Assembly: GCA_951406725.2 (NCBI GenBank)
Contig: OX597829.1
Span: forward strand, 53,072,001 to 53,136,000
DNA: 64,000 nucleotides
Source of the DNA: Octopus vulgaris
Taxonomy: Eukaryota
Reading direction: 5' to 3'
Below are positions 38,136 through 52,200 of this stretch, piece after piece. The position numbers and the translations under genes are program-made. Position 1 is the stretch's first letter, and each line of letters starts with the position of its first letter. Below the pieces are notes generated by a model. The model worked only from the letters and a program-made list of their open reading frames with translations, had not been told where the DNA came from and searched no databases.

Positions 38136-39197
38136 AGAAAAATAAAACTGGATTAAAAATCCAGGCAAATATCAATAAAGCACTTAGTTTTAAAAGAATC
38201 TGCTTAACTATGTCCAACAATTAGAGATGAGTAAATTTAAGTAGAATACACATCCAAGGTAAAATCCTCATGTACGATATGTAAATCCAAAATTCTTTTG
38301 GCAGAATTTCAAGAAATTTGTGGTATTTGACAACAAAAATATGTATAGAGAAAATTACATCTTTATTATAGATCTCATTTTATAAAGCTGACAATTTTGC
38401 CTGCTGCATTAACACACACACACACACACACATACATACATACATAGATGTATGTTTATGTATGTAGATATATATATATATATACATACATGAGCCAACT
38501 TGGATGTCTTGATATAGCTATTTCAACAGCTAGAAATAGCAAGCAAATCACATCCTATTTCATCTTGTTTTGAAAATGTAAATGTTCTCTTAAGTAAATC
38601 ACATCATTATCTGCCTAATTGTTATAGATCAAACCAAGCATTCTGAGAATGAAATTGGACTGATGGAAACTGTGTGGAAGCCCAGCATATGGATCTTGAC
38701 TATTTTGGTTGGCAAACAGACTTAATCTGATCCTAGTTTTAATACTAAACCTGACCCTTGGGTGACTCTAAATGTGTCCACTCTATTACAAGCATTCATA
38801 ATGCATCTCCTTTCTGGCAATAACTCAGGACACAGAACTAGTCCAAGAACCTTTTGACACCACCTCATATCTTACCCACAGATCCAATGGGTGTTTCTGT
38901 GAATGTATGATATACACATGATGGTTGTTCTTCATGTTAGATGATCTTGAGGACAAAAGGAGACCATTGACATGCAGAGTTGAGGCTGTGACTGCCAGTG
39001 CTATACCTGTCATTTTCACCTATTTCCCATCACTGCAGGGCTTTTCTACCTGTCTTACTAAATAGCTTTAAAGTGAGAGCCAGTTCCTTGCAATCTGACA
39101 CCAATTCTTTAGACTTGGGAGATCTGACCACAGTGGATCAGCAGACTAAGACAACTCTTTTTGTCCTCTCTTTAAACCTCGCCTTTGTTGGTCCCTT

Positions 39198-39777
39198 GTT
39201 CAACTGCACCCCAAACATAATAATCAAAAGGGTTGCCATCTGGGGAGTTAAGTGGCTAGATGTTAGGGGGTGATGTGGTTACAGAAATTGTCTGACAGCC
39301 ATGACTGGGTTCTCCTACTTGTGTTGCTTGGTGCAGAGCCCTGTTGCCAGACATAGGGTCTTCCAGCAGCCACCCTCTTGATTCAGGGCAGCACTAGCAC
39401 CTCCAGGCACTTGATGTAGGCCTCCATGTTGAGTCTGAAGGTGTAACGTCACCATCACTAGTGATCACTCCAAACACCATGATGTTAACTGGATGTTTGA
39501 TTTTTATCACTCTCAGTACATGTTTTGAGGACACAGCCAAGAGTTGTTCTGTATATTCATCACCTCTTTGTATTGAAGCTTCTGGCATGAATGCCAAGGA
39601 GTACAGCATGTCATTTCCAAATTTCTGGCAGAGTGAATTGCATCCTGGTGCTATTTTTCTCACAGATCGTGCCCAACTGACCCAACTATACTGTGTAGTT
39701 AACAAAATCAAAAACAAACAATGTGCATGTATGAAGTTAAAAATATAAAATGGCGACAATTTACCCATCACACCCTG
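39198..39777 (-). pseudogene. Internally deleted Tc1/mariner DD37D (maT-type) transposon
   Basis: KHPVNIMVFGVITSDG...PYVWQQ[G]SAP...NSPDGNPFDYYVWGAVE with 37 residues between the second and third catalytic positions; terminus cagggtgtgatgggtaaattgtcgcc at 39777. Confidence 0.85.
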
Positions 39778-39830
39778 TGAATATATGTATATATATATAT
39801 ATATATATATACACATACATACATACAAAC

Positions 39831-39861
<31 letters not shown>

Positions 39862-39903
39862 TGTATGTATGTATGTATGTATGTATGCATGTATACATAT
39901 ATA

Positions 39904-39935
<32 letters not shown>

Positions 39936-40414
39936 AGTGTGTGTCATGTTTGTGTGGTTTGTCTTCCCACTATCGCTCAATAATTAGTAATTGTTTGTTT
40001 TACGGCCCCCCATGACTTAGTGGTTCGGCAAAACAGACCAACAAAATAAGTACCATACTTTATAAAACCAAACAAGAGAACCCAGGTCAATTTGTTCTGA
40101 CTAAAACCCTTTCAAGGCAAGTCCAATGACTGAAACAGTTAAAAGATAAAAAGATAAAAAAACTATATTATTTATTTATGTCAGGGACTGACTTGGGGGG
40201 GGGGGGGCACCGATGCTTCTCTCCTTTTCTTTCAGCAGGGATGTCATTTCAGGGAGATTTCGCTGATAACTCTAACAGGTCAAGCAACCCTCACCCTCTC
40301 CCATACAAGCAGCCTTGTTGACTCATGGTGGTGGTGGGGGGGGGCATAGGGGTGGGGCACAGGTGGCGGGGGGGGGTGGAGGGTCATGGTAATGGTGGTT
40401 ATTGTGGTGGATTC

Positions 40415-40812
40415 AGGTGGTGGTGGTGATGGTGGTGGTGGTGGTGGTGGTGGTTGTGGTGGTGGTGGTGGTGGTGGTGGTGGTGGTGGTGGTGGTGGTG
40501 GTGGTGGTGGTGGTGGTGGTGGTGGTGGTGGTGGTGGTGGTGGTGGTGGTGGTGGTGGTGGTAATGCTAGGAGCTCTGCTAAATAGTAATTACAAGTTGG
40601 CAATTGTTTGTGGCAGCAGTTGCAGGGAAGACAGTTACTGATATTTACGGTGGTACTGGTGGTGGTGGTTGTAGTTGTGGAGGTAGTGGTGGTAGTGGTC
40701 GTGGTACTGGTGATGGTGGTGGTGGTGGTAGCAGTGGTCGTGGTGGCAGCAATGGCTGTGGTGGTGGTGGCAGTAACAGTAGCAGTAGTAGTAGTAGTAG
40801 TAGCAGCAGTAA

Positions 40813-40895
<83 letters not shown>

Positions 40896-41050
40896 AGTGT
40901 GGGATGGTGGCGTTGTTGCTGCTGTTGTTGCTGTTGTTGTTGGCGGTGGTGATGCTGATGGTGGTGGTGGTGGTGGTGGTGGTAGTGGTAGTGGTAGTGG
41001 TAGTGGTGGTGGCAGTGGTCATGGCAGCAGCAATGGTTGTGGTGGTGGTG
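40415..41050. repeat. (GGT)n and (GTA)n arrays
   Basis: Directly visible. Confidence 0.95.
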
Positions 41051-41460
41051 TGGAGCGCAACAAGAATTGTGAACACCTGAGTGGTAATTGTGGTGGTCGA
41101 GGAAGGTAGCAGAATATGAGCAGTATTGATAATAGTACTTATTAAGTTACTATTCTCAGGGGTTTTTTTCCTTTTTTTTTTCTGCTCTTAAATAAGTCTC
41201 ACCAACCGGCACCACTACCAACACACCACCCCCACCCCCCACCAAATAGCAACAACACCATTACTACCAATTTCACCGATACCATTACCGCCACCATAAA
41301 CACTACTTATAATGTTGTCACCAACAGCAACACCTCCACATGTACCGATACCACCTTTACCAACTCCACCACCATTACCAATGCAACTACCAGCATCACC
41401 ACCAATGGCAACAACACCAACAATACCACCACCGGTACCAGCACCATTCCTACCAATACC

Positions 41461-41691
41461 TATTTCTTTATTGCTGACAAGGGGCTAAACACAGAGGGGA
41501 CAAACAAGGACAGACAAATGGATTAAGTCGATTACATCGACCCCCAGTGCGTAACTGGTACTTAATCTATCGACCCCAAAAGGATGAAAGGCAAAGTCGA
41601 CCTCGGCGGAATTTGAACTCAGAACGTAACGGCAGCCGAAATACGGCTACGCATTTCGCCCGACATGCTAACGATTCTGCCAGCTCGCTCG
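41461..41691 (-). mobile_element. SINE family B, full length
   Basis: 12-bp TSD cctaccaatacc at 41449-41460 and 41692-41703. Confidence 0.93.
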
Positions 41692-41775
41692 CCTACCAAT
41701 ACCACCACCCTTGACCTGGCAGTGCTATGGAGGAGGATTTACTAGTTCAGAATAAATTCAACAGACATAGCCAAA

Positions 41776-42175
41776 CAGGAGTGGCTGTGTGGTAAGTAGC
41801 TTGCTAACCAACCACATGGTTCTGGGTTCAGTCCCACTGCGTGGCATCTTGGGCAAGTGTCTTCTGCTATAGCCCTGGGCCGACCAATGCCTTGTGAGTG
41901 GATTTGGTAGACGGAAACTGAAAGAAGCCTGGCGTATATATATATATATATGTATGTGTGTGTATATGTTTGTGTGTCTGTGTTTGTTCCCCTAGCATTG
42001 CTTGACAACCGATGCTGGTGTATTTACGTCCCCGTCACTTAGTGGTTCGGCAAAAAGAGACCGATAGAATAAGTACTGGGCTTACAAAAAGAATAAGTCC
42101 CGGGGTCGAGTTGCTCGACTAAAGGCGGTGCTCCAGCATGGCTGCAGTCAAATGACTGAAACAAGTAAAAGAGTA
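41776..42175 (+). mobile_element. SINE family A, near full length
   Basis: Matches 10146-10566. Confidence 0.93.
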
Positions 42176-43754
42176 AACTGGAGCATCCAGCAACCAAAAT
42201 ATCCAAGCTGCATGATGATGAAGCCAGCCATCAAACATGTATTTGTTCTTGTGTTTGTGCTTTGCTGATTTGTAGGTTTATGTTGAGTAGCTGTTGTTAT
42301 TTTATATATTTTCTGCTGATATTCTATAAAACCTTCTTTGTTGGTTTCTTACAGAGGCACAAGATGAAAGAAACAAAATGACAGGAAGCTGGTGGATTAA
42401 GTATCGCAAATTACATCACTGTCAATACTTGACCGGTGTTTTATGGTCCAATGAAAAGTTGAAAGCCAAAGTCAATGTCAGCTAAGAATATAAAGAACTG
42501 GAACAGACACAAAAAGTTATCTTGACCAATTCTCTAACAATTCTGCCAATTTGCTGTCCAAGATTAGTACTTATATTCTAAAGGATAAAAAGCAAAGTTG
42601 GCTCTTGTGGGATTTGAACACAGAACATACAGGATCATAACTAATTATTACAATCTACTACTATTACTGTCATCTTAATATTTTCTACAGATATTTTATA
42701 GTCCTTTTTATTGATATTTTTCTCATAGGTTTCTTTACCAATATTGAAATCATATAGTTTTCATTATCACTTTCTCATTGTCTTTTCTTGTTGGTATATC
42801 AATGATCTTGTTTTCTTTATTATTGTTAGTTTATGGCATTTTTAAAGATATTTAATGATTTTTCTCTTTTGATATCTCATACTTTTCTTCATTCAATATT
42901 TTCCTGTATCCCCACCTCTCATTTTTTTTTGTATCACTGATGTATCATATTTCTTCTTTTTAGAATAGATTTTCTCTTGAACTCCTCAAGCTTTCATTAA
43001 TGATATCTTACAGTCCTCTTTTTTTACTGTTCAAGGGTTTCTAATGGCCCTTTTCTTTTAATGTTCTTTTTTTTCTTTTTTTGTTTTGGTGGAAACCTTT
43101 TTATTGATATCTTAGCATGTGCACAAGGATATTCCAAAGTCTTTCTCTTTATATAGTTGCAGGCATGGCTATGAGGTAAGAAGTTTGCTTCCCAACAACA
43201 TGGTTCCAGGTTCAGTCCCACTGCATGGCACCTTTGACAAATGCTTTCTACTGTAGCCTTGGACAAACCACTACCTTGTGAATAGATTTGGTAGATGAAA
43301 ACTGGAAGAAGCATTTTATAATATTGTGTGTGTGTGTGCACGTGTGCATGAGTGTGTGACGATGGTGGTGTGTGTGCATGTGCGTGTGTGTGATGATGAT
43401 GGTGTGTGCGTATGATGATGATATATAAGGTAAGTTTCCACATATTTCGAGTTACTAAGTTCCACTCACTTGGGTTTGGTTAGACCTAAGCTATGATAGC
43501 CGACATTTTCCTGAGGCGTCACACACTGAGATAACACCTGGATCCCAATGCAAACTTCTTAAGAACATACCAATACATGCTGTCAATTAGTCTTGCTTTC
43601 CAGTGTCATAGAGCTTATTACAATAGTGTTTCAAGCTCTGATCTGAGTGATGACTGGTTCCTTTATTAAGACCATAACTTAAACAAATATTCCAATATAT
43701 ATTGTGATAGTTCCATAGTGATTTCCTTATTACATGTTCTGGATGTGACCTTAA

Positions 43755-44152
43755 CCTTTTAGCATTTCAACCAGCCATATCCAGCCCAAATATTCTACCT
43801 GTTTTAAGTTCAGACCAATCAGATCTGGTCTCTCACACCTACCCTACAATGTCATTTTAAATATAAACAATCATATCATTGAAATCTCAAAGCTGTGCAA
43901 TGATGCATGATTAATTGAAGCCTATCATCATCACCATCATCATCATTTAACGTCCGTTTTTCCATGCTGGCATGGGTTGGATGGCTTGTCTGAGGACTGG
44001 CAAGCCAGAATGCTGCACCAGGCTCCAATCTGATCTGGCAATGTTTCTACAGCTGGATGCTCTTCCTAACGCCAACCACTCCGAGAGTGTAGTGGGTCCC
44101 TATGTGAATGAATAAGCATTACCTTTGACAGAAAATGTGAAATGCTAAAGGA
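43755..44152 (+). mobile_element. TTAA-flanked MITE family P2 with an RTE tail inserted (about 43924-44097, minus)
   Basis: TTAA|CCTTTTAGCATTT...AAATGCTAAAGGA|TTAA; partial relative at about 18585-18680. Confidence 0.8.
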
Positions 44153-44728
44153 TTAAACTGAAACTGATAGTGTGACCCTGGTTTGGGAGTTACAGGATTT
44201 TGAGAAGTATGGAATTCCCTTTAAGCTATTGTTCCCAGAGACATAACACCTGTCAGAATCTCAGTTATGGGTTAATTAGCATATTGGGGTTTGCTTATCT
44301 ATGCACGTGAGGACTAGATCAGGCAGATTCTACAGATGAAATCTTCACGGTTCAATGGAGAGGAAGGCTCTCTTGGGAAACTGCCCCAAAGCAATCAAAT
44401 CCTTGTGAGTGGATTTGGTAAACAGAAAAGGAAAGAAGTCTGTGATATATGTGTGTGAATGTGTGTGTGAGTGTTATGTGTGTGTGTGTGTGTGTGTGTG
44501 CATGGGTGCACGTGTGTGTACACGAGTGTGTATGTGTGTGTGTGTGAGTGTGTGTTTGTGTGTACATGTGTGAATCTTTGCTTTTTTGTTTGTGAGTGTA
44601 TTTGTACAGCCCCACCATTTGACAAACAGTACTGGTTTGTTTACATACACTTAACTTAGCAATTTGGCAAAAAAGACTGAGAGAATAAGTAACAGATATA
44701 AAAATAAGCACCAAAGTCAAATTGACTA

Positions 44729-45098
44729 CAGGTTCTCAACTATTTTTCATCTATGGACCTATTTGATTACTATTTCATTCTGGTGGACTCCCTTCACCAT
44801 TCTATGTTTAAAAGCTAATTTTATAGAAACCTCTTCCAAAATTCTATTTTGTTTTTCACCCATTAACTTGTGTAGGTTGAATTATGTAAAATGTTAGAGA
44901 AAGAAACCCAGCTGTTTCTTGCAATACATAACCAATACATACATCTAAAGCAAAATTTTTTCAGGAGTCCCTTAAAATATTATTGTGGATCATCAATTTA
45001 GTGTTTTGTTGCATGGACCCCCTCCCTATCTTATTTGGACTCACAAGGAGTCATATGGAACTTCAAAGGATCATATGGGCTGCTTTTGAGATCCACTG
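44729..45098. mobile_element. hAT-like MITE inside an old family A SINE
   Basis: caggttctcaac...ttgagatccactg; gacta in both flanks; SINE resumes gctgatgccccagcatggctgc. Confidence 0.65.
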
Positions 45099-45452
45099 GA
45101 CTAATCACTACAAGCTGATGCCCCAGCATGGCTGCAATTCAAGGATGATACAAAAAAATAAATAAGTAAGAGATTTCTACATTATTTAATGTCCTTTATT
45201 TTGTGTTTGAAAAGTCAGGTTTGGTTTCAAGATTTGGTCACTGTTTCTAGCATGTTGAACAACCATGTAGAGGCAGCTCCTGCTGTGGGTATTGATGTTG
45301 TCACGGCTTCTGTTACAGCAGATAGAAAACAATATTTGAAGCAAGAGCAGCAGATAAGAACACTCCTTTTTTTTTACCTCCTAAAGAAGAGTAGCTTGCC
45401 AGATACTAAATTCAAACAACTTTCTAATGTGTGTGTGAATGTGTGTGTGTGA

Positions 45453-45487
<35 letters not shown>

Positions 45488-46210
45488 TTTGTACTTACTT
45501 TTTCATTTCAGTTATGTCATATTTTTGAACAACAGCTTCAATTGTTAGAGGTTTCCAACAGGACATCTATTGCTTCACACCATTTCTGCAGGAGACAGCA
45601 ACCAGGAAATGTCTGCTACTCAAAGACCATTAGACCTTTTTTTTTTTTTCCTCATTGATGTTCACATCCTTCATTTATATATGATAACTGATATAAACAT
45701 ACGCATACATTACATATAAACACATGCACATGCACATATACATTCACACACACACATAACCATACATAAATTCTAATATATAAATTCCTTTAACAGTTTT
45801 GTAAACCTCATGAAGCATTGGTTTCATCCAACAAAAAAACTGGTTCAATACCTAATATTTTGGGGTAATTAATTCCCTTAAAATGATCGGTGTATATATA
45901 AAAAGATATAGTTTATATTCATATAAAAGAAGAAAAAGGAAGTTATCCTCATCATCATTTAACATCCATGTTCCATGCCAGCATGCATAAAATGGTACCA
46001 CTGCTTATTATTAACAACAAATTAATCATCATTGTTGTTAATAATAAACAATTATTAACTTCCCAATCTCCATTTTGTTTTTCTCCTTCTATTTTGATAT
46101 ATGTATATATATATATTACGGAGATGTACTCGCATAGCAAGTAATTTGATCTGAGATCGTGTGCTGAAACGAGTTATATATATATAACGGGTTATATATA
46201 TATATATATA

Positions 46211-46480
46211 TCACCATGACCGACCAGGCTATCAGATGTTGCTACACATTGCTGGTCACAATGCGCTTTGCATTGTTTTAGCCTTCAAATGACGCCACCC
46301 CGCTGGCTAAGCGAGCAGGCCAACAGAAGAAAGAGTGAGAGAAAGTTGTGGTGAAAGAGTACAGAAGGGTTCGCCACCATCCCCTGCCGGAGCCTCCTGG
46401 AGCTTTATGTGTTTTCGCTCAATGAACACTCACAACGCCCAGTCTGGGAATCGAAGTCTGCTGCCCTAACCACTGGGCTA
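46211..46480 (-). mobile_element. tRNA-derived SINE, same head/body as 30096-30476 but different tail
   Basis: Shared agaagaaagagtgagagaaagttgtg...cactcacaac; sequences diverge completely to the left of 46322. Confidence 0.8.
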
Positions 46481-46499
46481 TATATATATATATATATTA

Positions 46500-46762
46500 A
46501 CTGGTGAAGGCTGGTTTATAGGGTTACCCAGGGTTTCTCACCATAAAGGGTACCTTTATGGCGTATCTTCAGACTCTTTGACCCGTTGGCCTATGGCCTC
46601 TTAAAAGATCTTAGAGTTTGAAGATATGCCATAAAGGTACCCTTTATGGTGAGAAACCCTGGGTAACCCTATAAACCAGCCTTCACCAGTAATGAATATA
46701 GACAGCTCTACTTCTTAGAGTGTGCTTCTTCTCCAGATTTAGGTTTTTCTAAATAAACGATC
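46500..46762. mobile_element. Fold-back insertion (78-bp arms) with two hammerhead motifs, in (TA)n
   Basis: Arms 46500-46577 and 46613-46690 differ at two positions; right arm continues about 70 nt. Confidence 0.85.
46520..46577 (-). ncRNA. Type I hammerhead ribozyme, intact core
   Basis: RNA: AGAGU-CUGAAGA-uaCGCCAUAAAGG uac CCUUUAUGGUGa-GAAAC-CCUGG-GUA^ACCCU; stem III ACCCUGGGU is a near-palindrome; plus-strand twin at 46613-46670 has UUGAAGA. Confidence 0.8.
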
Positions 46763-46773
46763 TATATATATAG

Positions 46774-47456
46774 ATGGCGAGAATGGATGAAGATAGTTGT
46801 GTGAAAAAGTGCCACACCCTAGCGGTTGAGGGAACCTGTGGAAGAGGCGGACCCAGGAAAACCTGGGACGAGGTGGTGAAGCACGACCTTCGAACTTTAG
46901 GTCTCACTGAGGAAATGACTAGAGACCGAGTCCTCTGGAAGTGTGCTGTGCGCGAGAAGACCCGGCAGGACAAGTGAGTCCATAACCCGTGGCCTTCTAC
47001 ATGGGATGGAGCCAGCCTACGTATGCATACCTTCCCTTCTTGGGACACAAAACTCTACTTGTGAAGACCCGTTGAGGCAAGTGAGGATCAGAATGGAAAT
47101 CGATCAATGGAAATTGCAAATGTGTTACCAGTGCCGGTGGCATGTAAGAGAACCTTCCGTTTCGCGACTGTTGCCAGCACCGCCCCGTTTCGTGTCCGTT
47201 GCCAGCCTTGCCTGGCACATAAAAAGCACCATCCGTTCGTTTGCCAGCTCTGTCTGGCACCTGTGCGGGTGGCACGTAAAAAGCACCCATTACACTCACG
47301 GAGTGGTTGGCGTGAGGAAGGGCATCCAGCCGTAGAAACACTGCCAGATTTGACTGGGCCTGATGAAGCCTTCTGGCTTCACAGACCCCAGTAGAACCGT
47401 CCAACCCATGCTAGCATGGAAAACGGACGCTAAACGATGATGATGATGATGATGAT
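46774..47456 (+). mobile_element. RTE LINE 3' end (ORF end, UTR, (GAT)n tail), little diverged
   Basis: ARMDEDSCVKKCHTLAVEGTCGRGGPRKTWDEVVKHDLRTLGLTEEMTRDRVLW; CpG retained. Confidence 0.93.
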
Positions 47457-47510
47457 ATGTATGTAATATAATTCAGTTATATAATATATCATGATATATT
47501 ACGTATATAT

Positions 47511-47962
47511 GGATCTTTTCGGTTTGAACAGCAGTTTTTAACATAATTTCTAAGTAACTAAAAAATTTAAAACTTCATATACTGGTAGAATGTGTTTATA
47601 AAACATCTTTTTCTCTTGGCTTTATTGAGAAAATTCTATAGTTTGTAAGATATTTGTTGTTTTTTTCTTCAATTTCTGCAATTTCAACAAATCAATGACG
47701 TCCATTGAGGTAAAAAAACATTCTGTGCCATATGAATATGTCCCTCGTTTACAAAACAGATTGGGTTTATTTATATTTCTGAAGAAAAAAAAGATACCCT
47801 GCCCCACCTCTAACCCTAACCCTAACACTAACCCTAACAAACCCTAACTAACCCTAACCCTAAAACATTGAAATGCAATAGATTGATACTAGGGTCATAA
47901 TTATGGGTGATAATTTCATATGACACCGCTAGTAAAAACTGCTGTTCAAACCGAAAAGATCC
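47511..47962. mobile_element. MITE with perfect 30-bp TIRs and internal telomere-like (CCCTAA)n
   Basis: ggatcttttcggtttgaacagcagttttta / taaaaactgctgttcaaaccgaaaagatcc; ATAT on both flanks. Confidence 0.92.
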
Positions 47963-48310
47963 ATATATATAATATAAATGTGTAAATGTGTGTATATATA
48001 TGCTTGTACATGTGTTTATTTTCTAAATATATTTAGTTATATGTATCTATACATATATATCTGTATATATCTATGTATATCTATGTATGCATATGTATAT
48101 ATGTTTATCTATATCAAGACTAACCATGTTATCTGCATCGTTATATCTCTCTTTATATATATAAATACATATATACATACATATCTATCTATATATATAT
48201 ATATATATATATATACATACATACATATATATATATAACTTAGAATAACTTAGAAAGGTTTTGGCCAATATTGGCCCAGGCCATGTCTGACTTAGCAGCA
48301 CCACCTGGCA

Positions 48311-48357
<47 letters not shown>

Positions 48358-48820
48358 TGTATGTATGTATGTATGTATGTATATATATGTGTGTGTGGGT
48401 ATATATATGGTGGCATTGGTTCAACGATTTGACAGAGGACTGGTGAGCCAGGAAGTTGCACCAGGTTCCAATCTGATCTGGCAATCTTTCTATAGCTGGA
48501 TGCCCTTCCTAACGTCAACCACTCCAAGAGTGTAATGGGAGCTTTTTACATGCCACCAACATGGGGACCAGTCAGGCAGCACTGCCATCAACCACATGCA
48601 AATGAAGAGATTAAGTTCAGAAATATGGTTTTAATATTCATTAAACTTCACTAAGCTTAATTGAAACAGCTGTAAGGGATAATGATAAATTTTTTGCTGA
48701 TAATAAACTCTTATCAACTTCAATATCTCCATTTTCTTATTCTTCATTTATATTTATACATATGTCTGTGTGTGTGTGTGTTTGCGTGTGTGTGTATATA
48801 TATATGTATGTATGTATGTA

Positions 48821-49293
48821 GGCACAGGAGTGGCTGTGTGGTAAGTAGCTTGTCTACCAACCACATGGTTCCGGGTTCAGTCCCACTGCGTGGCACTTTG
48901 GGCAAGTGTCTTCTACTATAGCCAACAAAGCCTTGTGAGTGGATTTGGTAGACGGAAACTGAAAGAAGCCCGTCGTATATATGTATATATATATACTAAG
49001 TAATTAATGGTTTAGCAACGAATTGCCTCACCACACACCGAATTTAGAAATAGCAGTCAAAGAGTTATAGCTATTCTTTCTACTAAAAGGGAGATCTCCC
49101 TTTTAGTAGAAAGAATAGCTATAACTCTTTGACTGCTATTTCTAAATTCGGTGTGTGGTGAGGCAATTCGTTGCTAAACCATTAATTACTTAGTATTACT
49201 TAAACTTTCCTCGAATGAGGCTTTTACATGCCGAAATCTACTTGGTGTAATTAATGATTATTCCAAATTAATTAATTTCACCCTATATTGTTG

Positions 49294-49330
<37 letters not shown>

Positions 49331-49560
49331 TGTGTGTTTGTGTGTCTGTGCTTGTCCCCCTAGAATTGCTTGACAACCGATGCTGGTGTGTTTATGTCCC
49401 CGTTACTTAGCGGTTCGGCAAAAGAGACTGATAGAATAAGTACTGGGCTTACAAAAGAATAAGTCCCGGGGTCGAATTGCTCGATTAAAGGTGGTGCTCC
49501 AGCATGGCCGCAGTCAAATGACTGAAACAAGTAAAAGAGTAAAAGAGAGAGTAAAGAGTA
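48821..49560 (+). mobile_element. SINE family A split by a palindromic insertion in its TA tract
   Basis: Head 48821-48990, tail 49297-49560. Confidence 0.9.
48993..49196. repeat. Perfect 204-bp palindrome
   Basis: Centre gggaga|tctccc at 49094/49095; 102-bp arms with no spacer and no mismatch found by eye. Confidence 0.93.
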
Positions 49561-50165
49561 TGTATGTATGTATTGTTATTATTACTCCATCTTCACAACT
49601 GATTGTCGTTTCTCTTTGTGTTTCTTTGTTGTCAATAGCAGAACTGACTTTCCATCCATGCCATCTCAGGTGACTATTCAATCCTACTGCAGATCTGCAT
49701 ATCTGTGCACTACATACTGGTCAGGTCAGCACACAATACTGTTCTTTGCATTGAACAGGACTTTCAGTAGATTGAACAACAAATAAGGTCACCATAAAGA
49801 GACATCTGTATGTCATTGGATTATAGTAATAAGCACTTGTATAACATAAGTACCACTCACTGAGTTTCCGCGATTAGTACATAAGTGACAGGCTGAAGTG
49901 AGATGACCAATAACTATGTGAACCTGCAGGTTTCGCATCGGAGTGTCCTGCTCCTAGAAGGATGTTGTGATAACAGTTAGGGTTATCACACTCCTGGTGG
50001 ATTCTATAAACATAGTGTTTGACTCATTGCAGAGATTCTGACAAGTTCTTGTATTCTGAGTCAGAACACACCTGACAACAATTGAAGCTAAGGGGTGGTT
50101 CCAAACTCTTCAAAACCCTGGAACTTTCAAATCAGAGCCCCAATACCAAATGCAGTTTAAAGTCA

Positions 50166-51255
<1,090 letters not shown>

Positions 51256-51739
51256 ATACACATATCTATCTTAACCAGCTATTATTCCTAACCACTCTCT
51301 CTCACCCTTCTCTTTCTCTCACACCTCTCTCTCTCTCTCTCTCTCTCTGTCACCCCTTCTCTCACTCCCCTCTCTTTCTCCCCTACCTTCTCCCTTTCTC
51401 TCTCCCCTGCTCTCTCTCTCTCTCTCTCTCCTTATCTCTCCCATTCTTTTTGCCTGTTGCAATATCCTCTGCTCTTCTGAACCACTTACATACTACCTCC
51501 GCCCCAATTCTCATAACACACCTGTTTCTCATCTTCACATTCGACACATTGTCCCATATTATGCACTTTTTCCATTCCTTCCTCCTCACAGTATCATCCT
51601 TCTGGAATTTCCTATTGTACACAAGTGTTTCCTGAAATTGTTGATTCATGGATGTACATGCTAAACATTAACCACAAGGAACCCATCATGGGATAGGACT
51701 TTTCTCGTCTTCTGGATTGAGCCATTAATAAAATCTCCA

Positions 51740-51862
51740 TATATAGCTCGAATTTACAGAAAACAATGGACGAAGACAGTTGAAGGCACATCAAAATGGA
51801 GAAGTCTTTGACTTTTCAAGCCTATGCTCTTTGATGGAAAAGGGATGAGAAGGAAAAAAATG
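51740..51862 (-). mobile_element. Decayed copy of the hammerhead-bearing repeat (56411 family)
   Basis: gaattt..agaaaacaatggacgaagacagttg...gtctttgacttttcaagcctatgctct. Confidence 0.6.
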
Positions 51863-51906
51863 CGATGAGATTAAAGTTTTAACATAGTGAAAAATGTATG
51901 TATGTA

Positions 51907-51943
<37 letters not shown>

Positions 51944-52200
51944 ATCAAAAGAAAAAGAGGATGCAAAGGATTTAGCGGTACATATGTTTCTGGCTTTATT
52001 GAACAAATTATATCAATGCATAATTGATATAACAGGTAGGTCAAAAGCCTTCTTCAGCCGCGTACAATTACCACACCAAAGACATGTATTACATTATAGC
52101 AGGTTTGAGAAGAAATTTGGGAAAAAACCGAGTTTCATTGGGAAAGTAAATCCTCATAGGCATATATGGCATTGTGAGACTCCAAAACAAAATACATATA

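Noticed and set aside
47810-47863. True telomere or chromosome fusion site
   Set aside because: Short, degenerate, single orientation and enclosed by MITE TIRs.
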